From: a virus
Lineage: Duplodnaviria; Caudoviricetes
Strand: one strand, 5' to 3'
IMG/VR virus record: IMGVR_UViG_3300025435_000024
Span: 1-58,057 of that record
Length of the DNA: 58,057 nucleotides
Under the pieces are notes generated by a model. The model saw only the letters and a list, made by a program, of their open reading frames with translations, ran no database searches and was not told the origin of the DNA. The position numbers and the translations under genes are program-made. Numbering within the stretch: position 1 is the stretch's first letter; every line of letters begins with the position of its first letter. Shown piece after piece: positions 8,373 through 16,801 of this stretch.

Positions 8373-9022
8373 CTACATACTACCACTTCACACCTAAGTC
8401 TAGTAATGCTAAGACTGGACCTATACCAGTTACTACTACGTCACGTAATAGTTGTCCTGATACTTGTGCATTCAAGAACAATGGATGCTATGCTGAGTCA
8501 GGACCATTGCGTATACATTGGAATAAAGTAAGTGATGGTTCTAGGAGTATTACATTGGAGCAATTGCTTGGTCATATACAATCATTACCTACGGGTGCAT
8601 TATGGAGACATAACCAAGCCGGGGATGTATCTGAACAGGATGTAATTAACATTGCTATTGCTAATGTAGGGCGTAAAGGTTTTACATATACTCATAACCA
8701 TTCATTGCTTATGGGTCGTAAGATTAAAGAATGTAATGCTTATGGGTTCACTGTAAACCTTAGTGCCAATAACTTAGAACATGCTGACAAGTTACTTGAC
8801 CTTAACATTGGTCCAGTATGTAGCGTAGTACCATCAGACTATCATGTGCACGGTGGCATGACGCCTAAAGGACGCAGAGTTAAAGTATGTCCTGCCACAC
8901 AATTAGATCATGTCAATTGTGCTAATTGTGGTCTATGTCAGATTGCTAATCGAGATTATGTTATTGCTTTTCCTGCACATGGTACGGGTAAGCGCAAAGC
9001 TAATGGAGTGGCTAATGGTTGA
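8369..9022 (+). CDS. Gp88-like / DUF7227-like Cys-rich phage protein
   Basis: SSNAKTGPIP, CPxxC...CYA, RHNQAGD, FTYTH, CP...CxxCxxC...FPAHG. Confidence 0.6.
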   Translation: MTTYYHFTPKSSNAKTGPIPVTTTSRNSCPDTCAFKNNGCYAESGPLRIHWNKVSDGSRSITLEQLLGHIQSLPTGALWRHNQAGDVSEQDVINIAIANVGRKGFTYTHNHSLLMGRKIKECNAYGFTVNLSANNLEHADKLLDLNIGPVCSVVPSDYHVHGGMTPKGRRVKVCPATQLDHVNCANCGLCQIANRDYVIAFPAHGTGKRKANGVANG

Positions 9023-9200
9023 TGCACACTTTGATGATGACTATGCTGATTACAAATCAAATATTGTAAGTGATCAGTGTGAAACTTGTAGTAAAATATT
9101 TCAGTATGAATTAGACTTTGCTTATGAACATCTAATCAGAGACACAAATACTAATGAATTAGTAACTTGCTGTCATGATTGCTTAAACCAGGACTATTAA
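9015..9200 (+). CDS. small Zn-finger-like protein
   Basis: CETC...CCHDC; GGAG RBS before MVDAHF. Confidence 0.5.
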   Translation: MVDAHFDDDYADYKSNIVSDQCETCSKIFQYELDFAYEHLIRDTNTNELVTCCHDCLNQDY

Positions 9201-9201
9201 C

Positions 9202-9399
9202 ATGATTACTGTATATAAAATAATCAATCGTGGCTTTAGTACAGACATTGTACTTCATGCAGATACTCTTGTAGAAATTCAAGAATACAAAAAACCTAAT
9301 CTAAAAGATTGGGGATACTCTCCATCATACGGACCAACTATTAAACTACCTGATGGTAAGTTTGAGTTTACTCGTAATGTTTATAACTCTTGTGATTAA
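9202..9399 (+). CDS. early hypothetical protein
   Basis: 65 aa with RBS. Confidence 0.55.
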   Translation: MITVYKIINRGFSTDIVLHADTLVEIQEYKKPNLKDWGYSPSYGPTIKLPDGKFEFTRNVYNSCD

Positions 9400-9410
9400 A
9401 GGATATTAAC

Positions 9411-9629
9411 ATGTCTATGTGTTTATGTAGTTTCTGTGATAACTTTGTAGACAGTGATGATTATATGGATTGTTGGGTAGTAAACTATGAATGGCTACCT
9501 AAAGTAACTAATGTAATTGGTAAAGATGTAATCTGTGAAACCTGTTTGCATGATTATGAGATTGAGTATGATGCGTTTTTAGATTGGGAAGAAGAAAAGA
9601 CTAACTTGCAACAAGAGGAGATTAAGTGA
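9411..9629 (+). CDS. small Zn-finger-like protein
   Basis: CSFC...CETC; acidic. Confidence 0.55.
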   Translation: MSMCLCSFCDNFVDSDDYMDCWVVNYEWLPKVTNVIGKDVICETCLHDYEIEYDAFLDWEEEKTNLQQEEIK

Positions 9630-9913
9630 TGAGTGTATTTCTTAAAACAATTGAATTAGATAATGATCCTATCCCGTATGCTAAAGTCGGACAATGGGTC
9701 CGGGATAAATCTAAAGGGAAGGGACGTATAGTTGCTAATCGCAATGGACGTATCTATGTCTCTTGGTTAAAGGGTGACAAGTTTAAGCATTACAATAATC
9801 GTTTTGCTAAGGCTTGCTGGTATCAACGTGGTGGTGATGTAGGTGAGAAGATTAAGACTGCACCATTGTCACTTACTATTTATTCACTCAAGAAGCGGTT
9901 AGGAATGATCTGA
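9626..9913 (+). CDS. hypothetical protein
   Basis: 95 aa, GAGGAG RBS. Confidence 0.55.
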   Translation: MMSVFLKTIELDNDPIPYAKVGQWVRDKSKGKGRIVANRNGRIYVSWLKGDKFKHYNNRFAKACWYQRGGDVGEKIKTAPLSLTIYSLKKRLGMI

Positions 9914-10122
9914 TGTGGCTCAGGCTTATTAAGTTACTTAGTCCACCTAGTGATACTGGTACGTATAGGTATCTATATGTTAATCAGTATCGTGGGCATA
10001 AAGTACCTGAACACTTTACATACTCTATGTTCTATACCTGGTATGCAGCTAAAGCTCATGCTAAGTGTAGTAAACGATTTGTAAAGACTCATTATGTAGC
10101 CATTCAACCTAAAGAAGTTTAA
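9913..10122 (+). CDS. hypothetical protein
   Basis: Coupled ORF, 69 aa. Confidence 0.45.
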   Translation: MWLRLIKLLSPPSDTGTYRYLYVNQYRGHKVPEHFTYSMFYTWYAAKAHAKCSKRFVKTHYVAIQPKEV

Positions 10123-10123
10123 C

Positions 10124-10366
10124 ATGCAAATGGAAATTAAATCACGCTATGACAATAAGCTAAATGTATGGGCATTGTTTCCACATTTAGATGATGACCC
10201 TGAAACTAATGATGAGCTGTTGCGTCAGGCATCATTTGTATATGATCATTGGCTTGGACAATTTGGTATTGTTCAATCCACTTGGCAAGTGGTTGATGTA
10301 ATCGACAAGCATGATAAGAATGCTTTGCGCTATTACATGGATCAAGGTGCAACTCTTATTCAATAG
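10124..10366 (+). CDS. hypothetical protein
   Basis: 80 aa in the operon. Confidence 0.5.
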   Translation: MQMEIKSRYDNKLNVWALFPHLDDDPETNDELLRQASFVYDHWLGQFGIVQSTWQVVDVIDKHDKNALRYYMDQGATLIQ

Positions 10367-10377
10367 GACTATCACAA

Positions 10378-10653
10378 ATGCGTGTGCTGGTGGCTTGTGA
10401 ATATAGCGGGGAGGTCAGGGATGCCTTCCTCGCTAAAGGACATGATGCAATGTCATGTGATCTATTACCAACTGATGTACCTGGACCACATTATCAAGGT
10501 GATGTGTTTGACATTATTGATGATGGTTGGGACTTAATGATTGCCTTTCCACCATGTACACATCTATGTGTAAGTGGTGCTAGGTGGTTTAAGAATAAAG
10601 TAAAAGAGCAGCTAGAGCAGGATTACCTTGTGACATTACAGCAGAGGATATAA
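10378..10653 (+). pseudogene. truncated phage DNA cytosine methyltransferase (N-terminal part only)
   Basis: MRVLVACEYSG...SCD...GD...DLMIAFPPCT, with the catalytic PC. Resemblance stops at KVKEQ (~10611) and the ENP motif is missing. Confidence 0.7.
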
Positions 10654-10898
10654 AAATTCCTGAGTATTGCCCGGTGTTAGGTATAAAATTACACAAGGCA
10701 GTAGGTGTGTTTGCACACCACTCTCCGTCATTGGATAGAGTTGTACCTAATTTAGGATATGTAAAAGGAAATGTACACGTCATATCTTGGAGAGCTAACA
10801 GTCTCAAAAAGAATGCTACGATTGAAGAACTTGAAAAAATCATACAGTATATGAAGGAACATATTAATGATACTAGCAGGAGCGAACAGACAGATTGA
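10599..10898 (+). pseudogene. C-terminal fragment of an HNH-like homing endonuclease
   Basis: Open frame from 10599: KRAARAGLPCDITAEDIKIPEYCPVLG...SPSLDRVVPNLGYVKGNVHVISWRANSLK. Paralog of 14635-15186 lacking the N-terminus. Confidence 0.75.
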
Positions 10899-12855
10899 AC
10901 GTAGCGATGCGTTTGTATCTAACACATTCAACATTAGTGCTGGAGCGAAAGCATTCGAGGTGCTTAGCTCTGGTATCTATTCTAACAAACCCGCAGCAGT
11001 AGTCCGTGAGACACTGTGTAATGCTGTTGATAGCCATAAGGAACAAGGTAATGCTAGCACTCCAATACTTCTGCATTGTCCTAATCGCCTTGAACCTTGG
11101 TTCTCTGTACGTGATTATGGTACAGGGATGTCACACGAAAAGGTTACTAACTTATACTCTACCTATTTTGGTTCAGATAAGTCAAATAGTAATCTGGGCA
11201 TTGGTGGCTTTGGTCTAGGTTCTAAAGCACCACTATCATATGTAGATAGCTTCACTGTTACTGTATGGCATGGCAACAAGAAGCGTGTGTATAATGTATT
11301 TAAGAATGAGGATGCTATTCCTGAGATTGCTTTATTACATGAACAAGATAGCATTGAGCCTGTAGGTGTAGAGGTTAAAGTACCTGTAAAGACACAAGAT
11401 ATTGATGACTTTATTCGTCAGATCACTATATATACCAGGTATGCTACTATACCTGTTGAGTGTGTTGGTGCTAAGATTACGCATAATAAGCGTAACTATA
11501 TCTATGAAGGTTCAATTTGTAAGGTGCATGATGAAGGTCATTGGAATGATCATACCATTACGTTTGTAGTTGGTGGTGTACCTTACGAGCATTCGCATTC
11601 AGAAATTATTAATCTAAGTATCACATTACCTGAATGCAGTCTAGAAATGCACCTACCTATTGGTAGTGTAGAAATTGCTGCCAGCCGTGAGAAGATTAGT
11701 GCTAAGCCAACTACCATTAAGTACATTCAATCTGTTATTGATGCTGAACGTGCTACTGCTAGTAAAGCTATCAACAATCAAGTATTGAATGCAGATACAT
11801 ACAAAGATGCTTTGAATATTATTGTAGACAAAAGCACTAAGTGGATTAAGTTTGATTGTAAATGGTTAGATAAGAATACTGGCATTACTCATAATCTTGA
11901 AAGAGATAAGGTATACCAGAGTGATGGATTCCATGTACACTACATGGAAGACAATCTAAACCTTATATCAGAGCGCTATAGTAAGAATCGAATACGTTTA
12001 AACTTTACTGAATCGCCTGTAGTTATTCTTGTAGATGTTAGTACGAACTGGAGAGCTAAGGTTCGTCAGTATGGTAAACCTTGTTGGGTTGTGAATAAGG
12101 TTATTGCTTATTGGCAGGATGCTGTTTGGGATAAGGTTGTATCCGATAATACACATCGTGTTACATTTCTTAAGATTTCTGAGTTACCTTACATTAAGAC
12201 TGATATTACTAAGAACTCAGCTAGGGCTAATACAATTACTGTATGGGACCATAGTAAGAAAGATGTTAATTTAACAGAAATTACTGATCCTTTGCATGTA
12301 TTTGTAGGTACAGTCAAAGACCTTAAGTATACCTACATTAATTATAAAGAAGTGTTTGGCGTTAGAGCTGGTATCATTACATATGTTCAATATCGTAAAG
12401 CGTTGAACATTAACCCTGATATGATTATCAATGCTATAGATAATCTTGAAGAGTTCTGTAAAGATACTGAGGATAACAAAGATTTTATTAATTGGCTTTC
12501 AACAGTGAAAGGAGAAACACCTTATATTGCATATGGAGTTAGAAGGGGTATAGACAAACTAAATAAGACATACAAGTGCAAATGGACTGATGAATTATAT
12601 ATGTTTGCTAATGACCATGAGTCAGCAGATTATATGTTTGCAAAGGATTGTATATATAGGTACAATGTTGCCTGTGATTTATTGAGTCGTGAAAAGCAGT
12701 CAAATATTAAATTGTCATCGGCCAAAAGTTGGCCTAGTAAGTACGAGTGGATACCTGAATCGGTATTGAAAATGCTTGGTGACTCATACGACATTCATGA
12801 AACAAAGAAGTTAGTTGAATTATTAAACAGCGGTGCAAAGGAGCACGGACTATGA
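10867..12855 (+). CDS. rIIA: rIIA-like protein (GHKL/Hsp90-type ATPase N-domain)
   Basis: IYSNK..AVVRETLCNAVDS, RDYGTGMS, GGFGLGSK, GVEVKVPV; ATGA-coupled to rIIB. Confidence 0.8.
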   Translation: MILAGANRQIERSDAFVSNTFNISAGAKAFEVLSSGIYSNKPAAVVRETLCNAVDSHKEQGNASTPILLHCPNRLEPWFSVRDYGTGMSHEKVTNLYSTYFGSDKSNSNLGIGGFGLGSKAPLSYVDSFTVTVWHGNKKRVYNVFKNEDAIPEIALLHEQDSIEPVGVEVKVPVKTQDIDDFIRQITIYTRYATIPVECVGAKITHNKRNYIYEGSICKVHDEGHWNDHTITFVVGGVPYEHSHSEIINLSITLPECSLEMHLPIGSVEIAASREKISAKPTTIKYIQSVIDAERATASKAINNQVLNADTYKDALNIIVDKSTKWIKFDCKWLDKNTGITHNLERDKVYQSDGFHVHYMEDNLNLISERYSKNRIRLNFTESPVVILVDVSTNWRAKVRQYGKPCWVVNKVIAYWQDAVWDKVVSDNTHRVTFLKISELPYIKTDITKNSARANTITVWDHSKKDVNLTEITDPLHVFVGTVKDLKYTYINYKEVFGVRAGIITYVQYRKALNINPDMIINAIDNLEEFCKDTEDNKDFINWLSTVKGETPYIAYGVRRGIDKLNKTYKCKWTDELYMFANDHESADYMFAKDCIYRYNVACDLLSREKQSNIKLSSAKSWPSKYEWIPESVLKMLGDSYDIHETKKLVELLNSGAKEHGL

Positions 12856-13688
12856 CAATGTTATCTTTTATTAAAACTGGTGAATCAGTTACAGTGTACC
12901 TGGATGGTGAAGCTACTACAGTTGATAGCAGCCATCCTAACTATTTAAAATTGCTTGATGCTTTGCGTTCCAAAGACATTGCAGACATTAAGGCTAATAT
13001 GGATATTGGTTCAGCAGTCAAGGCTTATGTTGGCACTGGTCGTGCCTATCTTATGAATGGTGTTGTGTACTATGACGATGCACCTGTTCAAGGTGTTATC
13101 GTTGATCGTATCATGACCATGATGACTGAAGGCTTTGATGTTCAACCTATGTTGAATTTCTTGGCTAAGGTATATGATAATCCTTCTAACTCTGCCATTG
13201 AAGAAACATATCTGTTCATGGAACATAATGATCTTACGTTGCATGAAGATGGTGATCTGATTGCATATAAAGGTGTCACAGAAGATTACAAGGATTGTCA
13301 TACCAAGAAAATTGACAATCGAGTTGGCTGTGAAGTCTCTATGGATCGTCGTAAGGTAGATGATCGGCGTCATGTTACTTGTTCACATGGTCTACACGTT
13401 GCCAGCCTTGAGTATGCTCTAGGGTTTGGTAGCAAGACTGTTGTGGTCAAGGTTAATCCTCGTGACATCGTTTCTATTCCAAACGACTATCATAACCAGA
13501 AGGCCAGGGTATGTCGTTATGTCGTGGTGGACGAGCTTAAGTCTAACCAACGCTATTCAGATAAGTCTGTAGTGTCTGATGATGAATTGGGTCGGGAATC
13601 AAATGATGATGGTGATGAATATGAAGTTGAAGAAGTTACTGTTAAGTATCACAACAAGCGTGATGCTTTAGGTCGTTTCACTAACTAG
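12852..13688 (+). CDS. rIIB: rIIB-like protein
   Basis: NPS...LF...DG.LIAYKGV, VSMDRRKVDD...TCSHGLHV, KVNPRDIVSIPNDY..QKARVCRY. Confidence 0.85.
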   Translation: MTMLSFIKTGESVTVYLDGEATTVDSSHPNYLKLLDALRSKDIADIKANMDIGSAVKAYVGTGRAYLMNGVVYYDDAPVQGVIVDRIMTMMTEGFDVQPMLNFLAKVYDNPSNSAIEETYLFMEHNDLTLHEDGDLIAYKGVTEDYKDCHTKKIDNRVGCEVSMDRRKVDDRRHVTCSHGLHVASLEYALGFGSKTVVVKVNPRDIVSIPNDYHNQKARVCRYVVVDELKSNQRYSDKSVVSDDELGRESNDDGDEYEVEEVTVKYHNKRDALGRFTN

Positions 13689-13699
13689 TATATAACTAT

Positions 13700-13742
13700 G
13701 TCGTTGTTCGGGTACATTGTTATAGTGTACTCGAATGACGAC
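13700..13742 (+). other. 20-bp RNA hairpin (RNase III-like processing site or terminator)
   Basis: GTCGTTGTTCGGGTACATTG pairs with TAGTGTACTCGAATGACGAC; every imperfection is a G.U wobble. Confidence 0.6.
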
Positions 13743-13766
13743 TATTGCATATAGGAAAGTTAAGTG

Positions 13767-13886
13767 ATGTTAGAACTATTAATTATTTGTGGGTTTGTTA
13801 TTTTGTTTAGTTTAAGCTGTGCTGTAGGAGCAGCGTTAAGTATTGTAGTATTTAATTTTTTAGTTAAAAAGTTTTATATTGAATGA
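13767..13886 (+). CDS. small membrane protein (39 aa)
   Basis: MLELLIICGFVILFSLSCAVGAALSIVVFNFLVKK. Confidence 0.4.
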   Translation: MLELLIICGFVILFSLSCAVGAALSIVVFNFLVKKFYIE

Positions 13887-14062
13887 CTGACATATCAGTC
13901 TTTCTAAAAATGCTTAATCCAAGCCCTGAACAAATCCGAGAATTTATGGAGTATGAAAATGTCAGACGAAAACAGCAATCAACTACCCCCACAAATGCCA
14001 CAGGATGGCTCAGGAAGCCCGGTAAGCCAATTTCAGGTGCAAGGTATAGGGAAGGGTATTGA
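13883..14062 (+). CDS. hypothetical protein (59 aa)
   Basis: ATGA-coupled; MTDISVFLKMLNPSPEQIREFMEYE. Confidence 0.4.
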   Translation: MTDISVFLKMLNPSPEQIREFMEYENVRRKQQSTTPTNATGWLRKPGKPISGARYREGY

Positions 14063-14199
14063 AATGGCCTCAGTGACTAAATTTTCAGATAAGGGATACT
14101 CCAAACTCTTTCGTAACTTTTTTGATGGTTGTTTGCAGAAAGGGGATTGACTTTCTCCAAAAGTATGCTATAAAAATTATATGTGCGAGACAAGAGTAT

Positions 14200-14580
14200 A
14201 TGATATTTAAAATTAAAAAACATAATAAGAAAATATATATAGAAATAAATATAGAAGATAATACTAATACTATTAATGCAAATAGTATAGAACAACTAAT
14301 ATTTTTGTTTTTTAAAACATATATACCTGATACTCCTAATAAAATTATACAAGATGTAATATCTTATAGTTCTTATATTGCAAATAGAAGTTTTTATTCC
14401 ACAAAAGAATTAGGTAATTCTATAAATTATAATCAACATAAAAAGCAAAATGAAGTTATAGCTAAAAACATAAAGACTAATATATTAACATGTATGACTG
14501 GAACTTTAAAGTTCTCTCCATATCAAATTAAAAAAGTTAATGCTTTATTCAAAGCTATAGAAGATTTTTGTTCCGTATAA
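14200..14580 (+). CDS. very AT-rich hypothetical protein
   Basis: In-frame ATG at 14200; rich in I/K/N. Confidence 0.4.
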   Translation: MIFKIKKHNKKIYIEINIEDNTNTINANSIEQLIFLFFKTYIPDTPNKIIQDVISYSSYIANRSFYSTKELGNSINYNQHKKQNEVIAKNIKTNILTCMTGTLKFSPYQIKKVNALFKAIEDFCSV

Positions 14581-14586
14581 AAACTA

Positions 14587-14615
14587 TTGACAAGAGTTAT
14601 AAAAAAGAATAATAT
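14587..14615 (+). promoter_or_regulatory. sigma70-like promoter of the HNH gene
   Basis: TTGACA-17 bp-TAATAT. Confidence 0.55.
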
Positions 14616-14634
14616 AATTCTTTTGGAGGATTAT

Positions 14635-15186
14635 ATGGAAAAAATTTGCACTCAGTGTTTTACGTTGAAGCCTTTAGTAGATTTTTATACTGATAAAAAA
14701 AGTAAAGATAAAAGGGCGAGTATGTGTAAAGCCTGCAAAAAGCAATCTGTTAGGGAATATTATGCACTTTCGCCCGAAGAAAAAGTTATAAAAAAACAAA
14801 ACAGAAAAGTGCGAACTGAAGAAGATAAAAAAGAATATAGTAGAAAATACGCAGCTAACAAACGTGAAAATAAAGCTGAATTAAATATGCTAATAAATAC
14901 AAAGGCAAGAGCAAAGTCTAAAGGATTAAATTTTAATTTAGACATTGGTGATATAAAAATACCTTCGTACTGTCCTGTGCTAGGTATACCATTAGAAATA
15001 GGTTTTAAGAAACCAACAGATAACTCTCCTACACTTGATAGGATAGTTCCTGTTCTAGGTTATACAAAAGGCAATGTAATGGTTATTTCACACAAAGCTA
15101 ATAGAATTAAAAATAGCGCAAGTGTAAAAGATTTAGAGAAAATATTAAAATTTCTAAAGAAAAAGTTAGGAATGCTGGATGATTAA
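14635..15186 (+). CDS. free-standing HNH-like homing endonuclease (intact)
   Basis: GGAGG RBS; CxxC...CKAC Zn finger; CPVLG...SPTLDRIVP..GY.KGNV.VIS.KAN.IK. Confidence 0.8.
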   Translation: MEKICTQCFTLKPLVDFYTDKKSKDKRASMCKACKKQSVREYYALSPEEKVIKKQNRKVRTEEDKKEYSRKYAANKRENKAELNMLINTKARAKSKGLNFNLDIGDIKIPSYCPVLGIPLEIGFKKPTDNSPTLDRIVPVLGYTKGNVMVISHKANRIKNSASVKDLEKILKFLKKKLGMLDD

Positions 15187-15409
15187 ACTAATAGGATTCA
15201 TTAGCATAGTATGTAATATGGCTGTTGCAGATTTGAATACTTATCACAATGTGTATAATATTCCGAATAGTAAATGTCATACCCTTATGATGGATGGATT
15301 TGTTTCTGTACAACATTGTAAAGATTATCAAGCTATACTGAATACTATTCTGGAGGATAATGAGTTCATCCTGGATTACAAATGTCATATGTATGAATAC
15401 AAGGCTTGA
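15179..15409 (+). CDS. hypothetical protein
   Basis: 76 aa, coupled. Confidence 0.45.
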   Translation: MIKLIGFISIVCNMAVADLNTYHNVYNIPNSKCHTLMMDGFVSVQHCKDYQAILNTILEDNEFILDYKCHMYEYKA

Positions 15410-15411
15410 CA

Positions 15412-15588
15412 ATGGGTAAGCATTTCAATAAAGATACTGTTGCGGAAGTGTTAGCATTTTTTCAGGATGGGTATAGCGAAAAACATATTGCATCTGTGAT
15501 GCACATGAGTTATAAGGATATTCGGATAATCCTGCGGGATTACAAAGGTAAAGAAATTATTATAGAACGGGAGTTTGATGATGAGTAA
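15412..15588 (+). CDS. small HTH-like protein
   Basis: FQDGYSEKHIASVMHMSYKDIRIIL. Confidence 0.5.
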   Translation: MGKHFNKDTVAEVLAFFQDGYSEKHIASVMHMSYKDIRIILRDYKGKEIIIEREFDDE

Positions 15589-15823
15589 GTTTATTTCAAT
15601 TGGTAATTATGTAGTTAATACGGACGAAGTTATTCTGGTTAGTTATTTTCCTGAAGAGGAGCAGCTACAGATTACTTTAGCCAGTGCCCCTTATTTCACT
15701 ACTAAGGCTACTCGTATTCAGTTCAACACATTGCTTAATAAGCTAAATGCTGTGGAGATTCCTGATGAATCTGATGGATCAATCCCTAAGTTTACTGGGA
15801 CTAAAGCACCACCTAAGAACTGA
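15578..15823 (+). CDS. hypothetical protein
   Basis: FISIGNYVVNTDEV; GGAG RBS. Confidence 0.55.
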   Translation: MMSKFISIGNYVVNTDEVILVSYFPEEEQLQITLASAPYFTTKATRIQFNTLLNKLNAVEIPDESDGSIPKFTGTKAPPKN

Positions 15824-16550
15824 TTGTCCATTATGTAGAGGCAGAAACACCTTCAGTATCACCAAAGAAAACGGTAAACTGAAGGTGTTTTGTTTTAAGG
15901 CTTCTTGTAATGCTAAGGGTATATATGATGTTGGGAGAAGTATGAATGACATACAAATTCGATTACGAAGAGATTGTAGCAAAGTTGACGAATCAGTACA
16001 ACGAAATGAATTCACTTTACCAACCCACTTCGTTCCAATCACTACAGATTCACAAGCCTACGAATGGCTTGAAAAAAACAATTGTGCTGACGCTTACTGG
16101 GGAAAACGGATTGATGTATGCTTCGATCCGAAACTTAGGCGAGTCGTCTTTGTTGTTGAAAGAAGCGGGACTATCATTGATGCCGTTGGCAGAAGGCTCA
16201 CAGTGGGAGCATCGTATACACCTAAATGGTATAGATATGGAACAAGTCGTTACCCGTTTAGTACAAGAGCTAGTGGCAATACAAACCAAGTCGTAGTTGT
16301 AGAGGATGCTGCCAGTGCTGCTGCTGCGTCTGCTATATTACCCGCTATAGCATTAATGGGTACACATATGACCACAGAAGCATTGGAAGTTATACGAGAA
16401 TATGATAATGTCATATTTGCGCTTGACCCTGATGCTCGTAAGAAGTCTTTAAACCTGGCTAGGTCAGTTGACAATGCTGTGGTTAGGTTTATATCTGATG
16501 ATCTTAAATATATGAAACCGGATCAGATTCGTAAGGAATTGAAGTTATGA
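15765..16550 (+). CDS. DNA primase (Zn ribbon + TOPRIM)
   Basis: CPLC...CFKASC, VGR, PKWYRY, VVEDAASA, ALDPDA. Confidence 0.85.
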   Translation: MNLMDQSLSLLGLKHHLRTDCPLCRGRNTFSITKENGKLKVFCFKASCNAKGIYDVGRSMNDIQIRLRRDCSKVDESVQRNEFTLPTHFVPITTDSQAYEWLEKNNCADAYWGKRIDVCFDPKLRRVVFVVERSGTIIDAVGRRLTVGASYTPKWYRYGTSRYPFSTRASGNTNQVVVVEDAASAAAASAILPAIALMGTHMTTEALEVIREYDNVIFALDPDARKKSLNLARSVDNAVVRFISDDLKYMKPDQIRKELKL

Positions 16551-16801
16551 CTTATGTAGTTTGTAATGGATGTGGAGCAAAAACTAAAGGACAGAACATT
16601 GGAGGTGGTTTAATTTTAGACTTACATCTTTGTCCTACATACACAGAAAAAACCAAACGCATTACGGAACTGGAGGATGTGCTTTTAAGTTTAAAAGGTT
16701 ATGGTACTTGCTGGTGCGAAATATCAATTGGCAACCCAATGATGAAAGATCATTCTATAGAGTGTAAAGCCGCACAGAATGCTATGCGAAAAGAGAGTTA
16801 A
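16547..16801 (+). CDS. hypothetical Cys-containing protein
   Basis: 84 aa, coupled. Confidence 0.5.
   Translation: MTYVVCNGCGAKTKGQNIGGGLILDLHLCPTYTEKTKRITELEDVLLSLKGYGTCWCEISIGNPMMKDHSIECKAAQNAMRKES

Noticed and set aside
14587-14634. TTG start for the HNH ORF
   Set aside because: That TTG is part of the -35 box; the GGAGG RBS points to the ATG at 14635.
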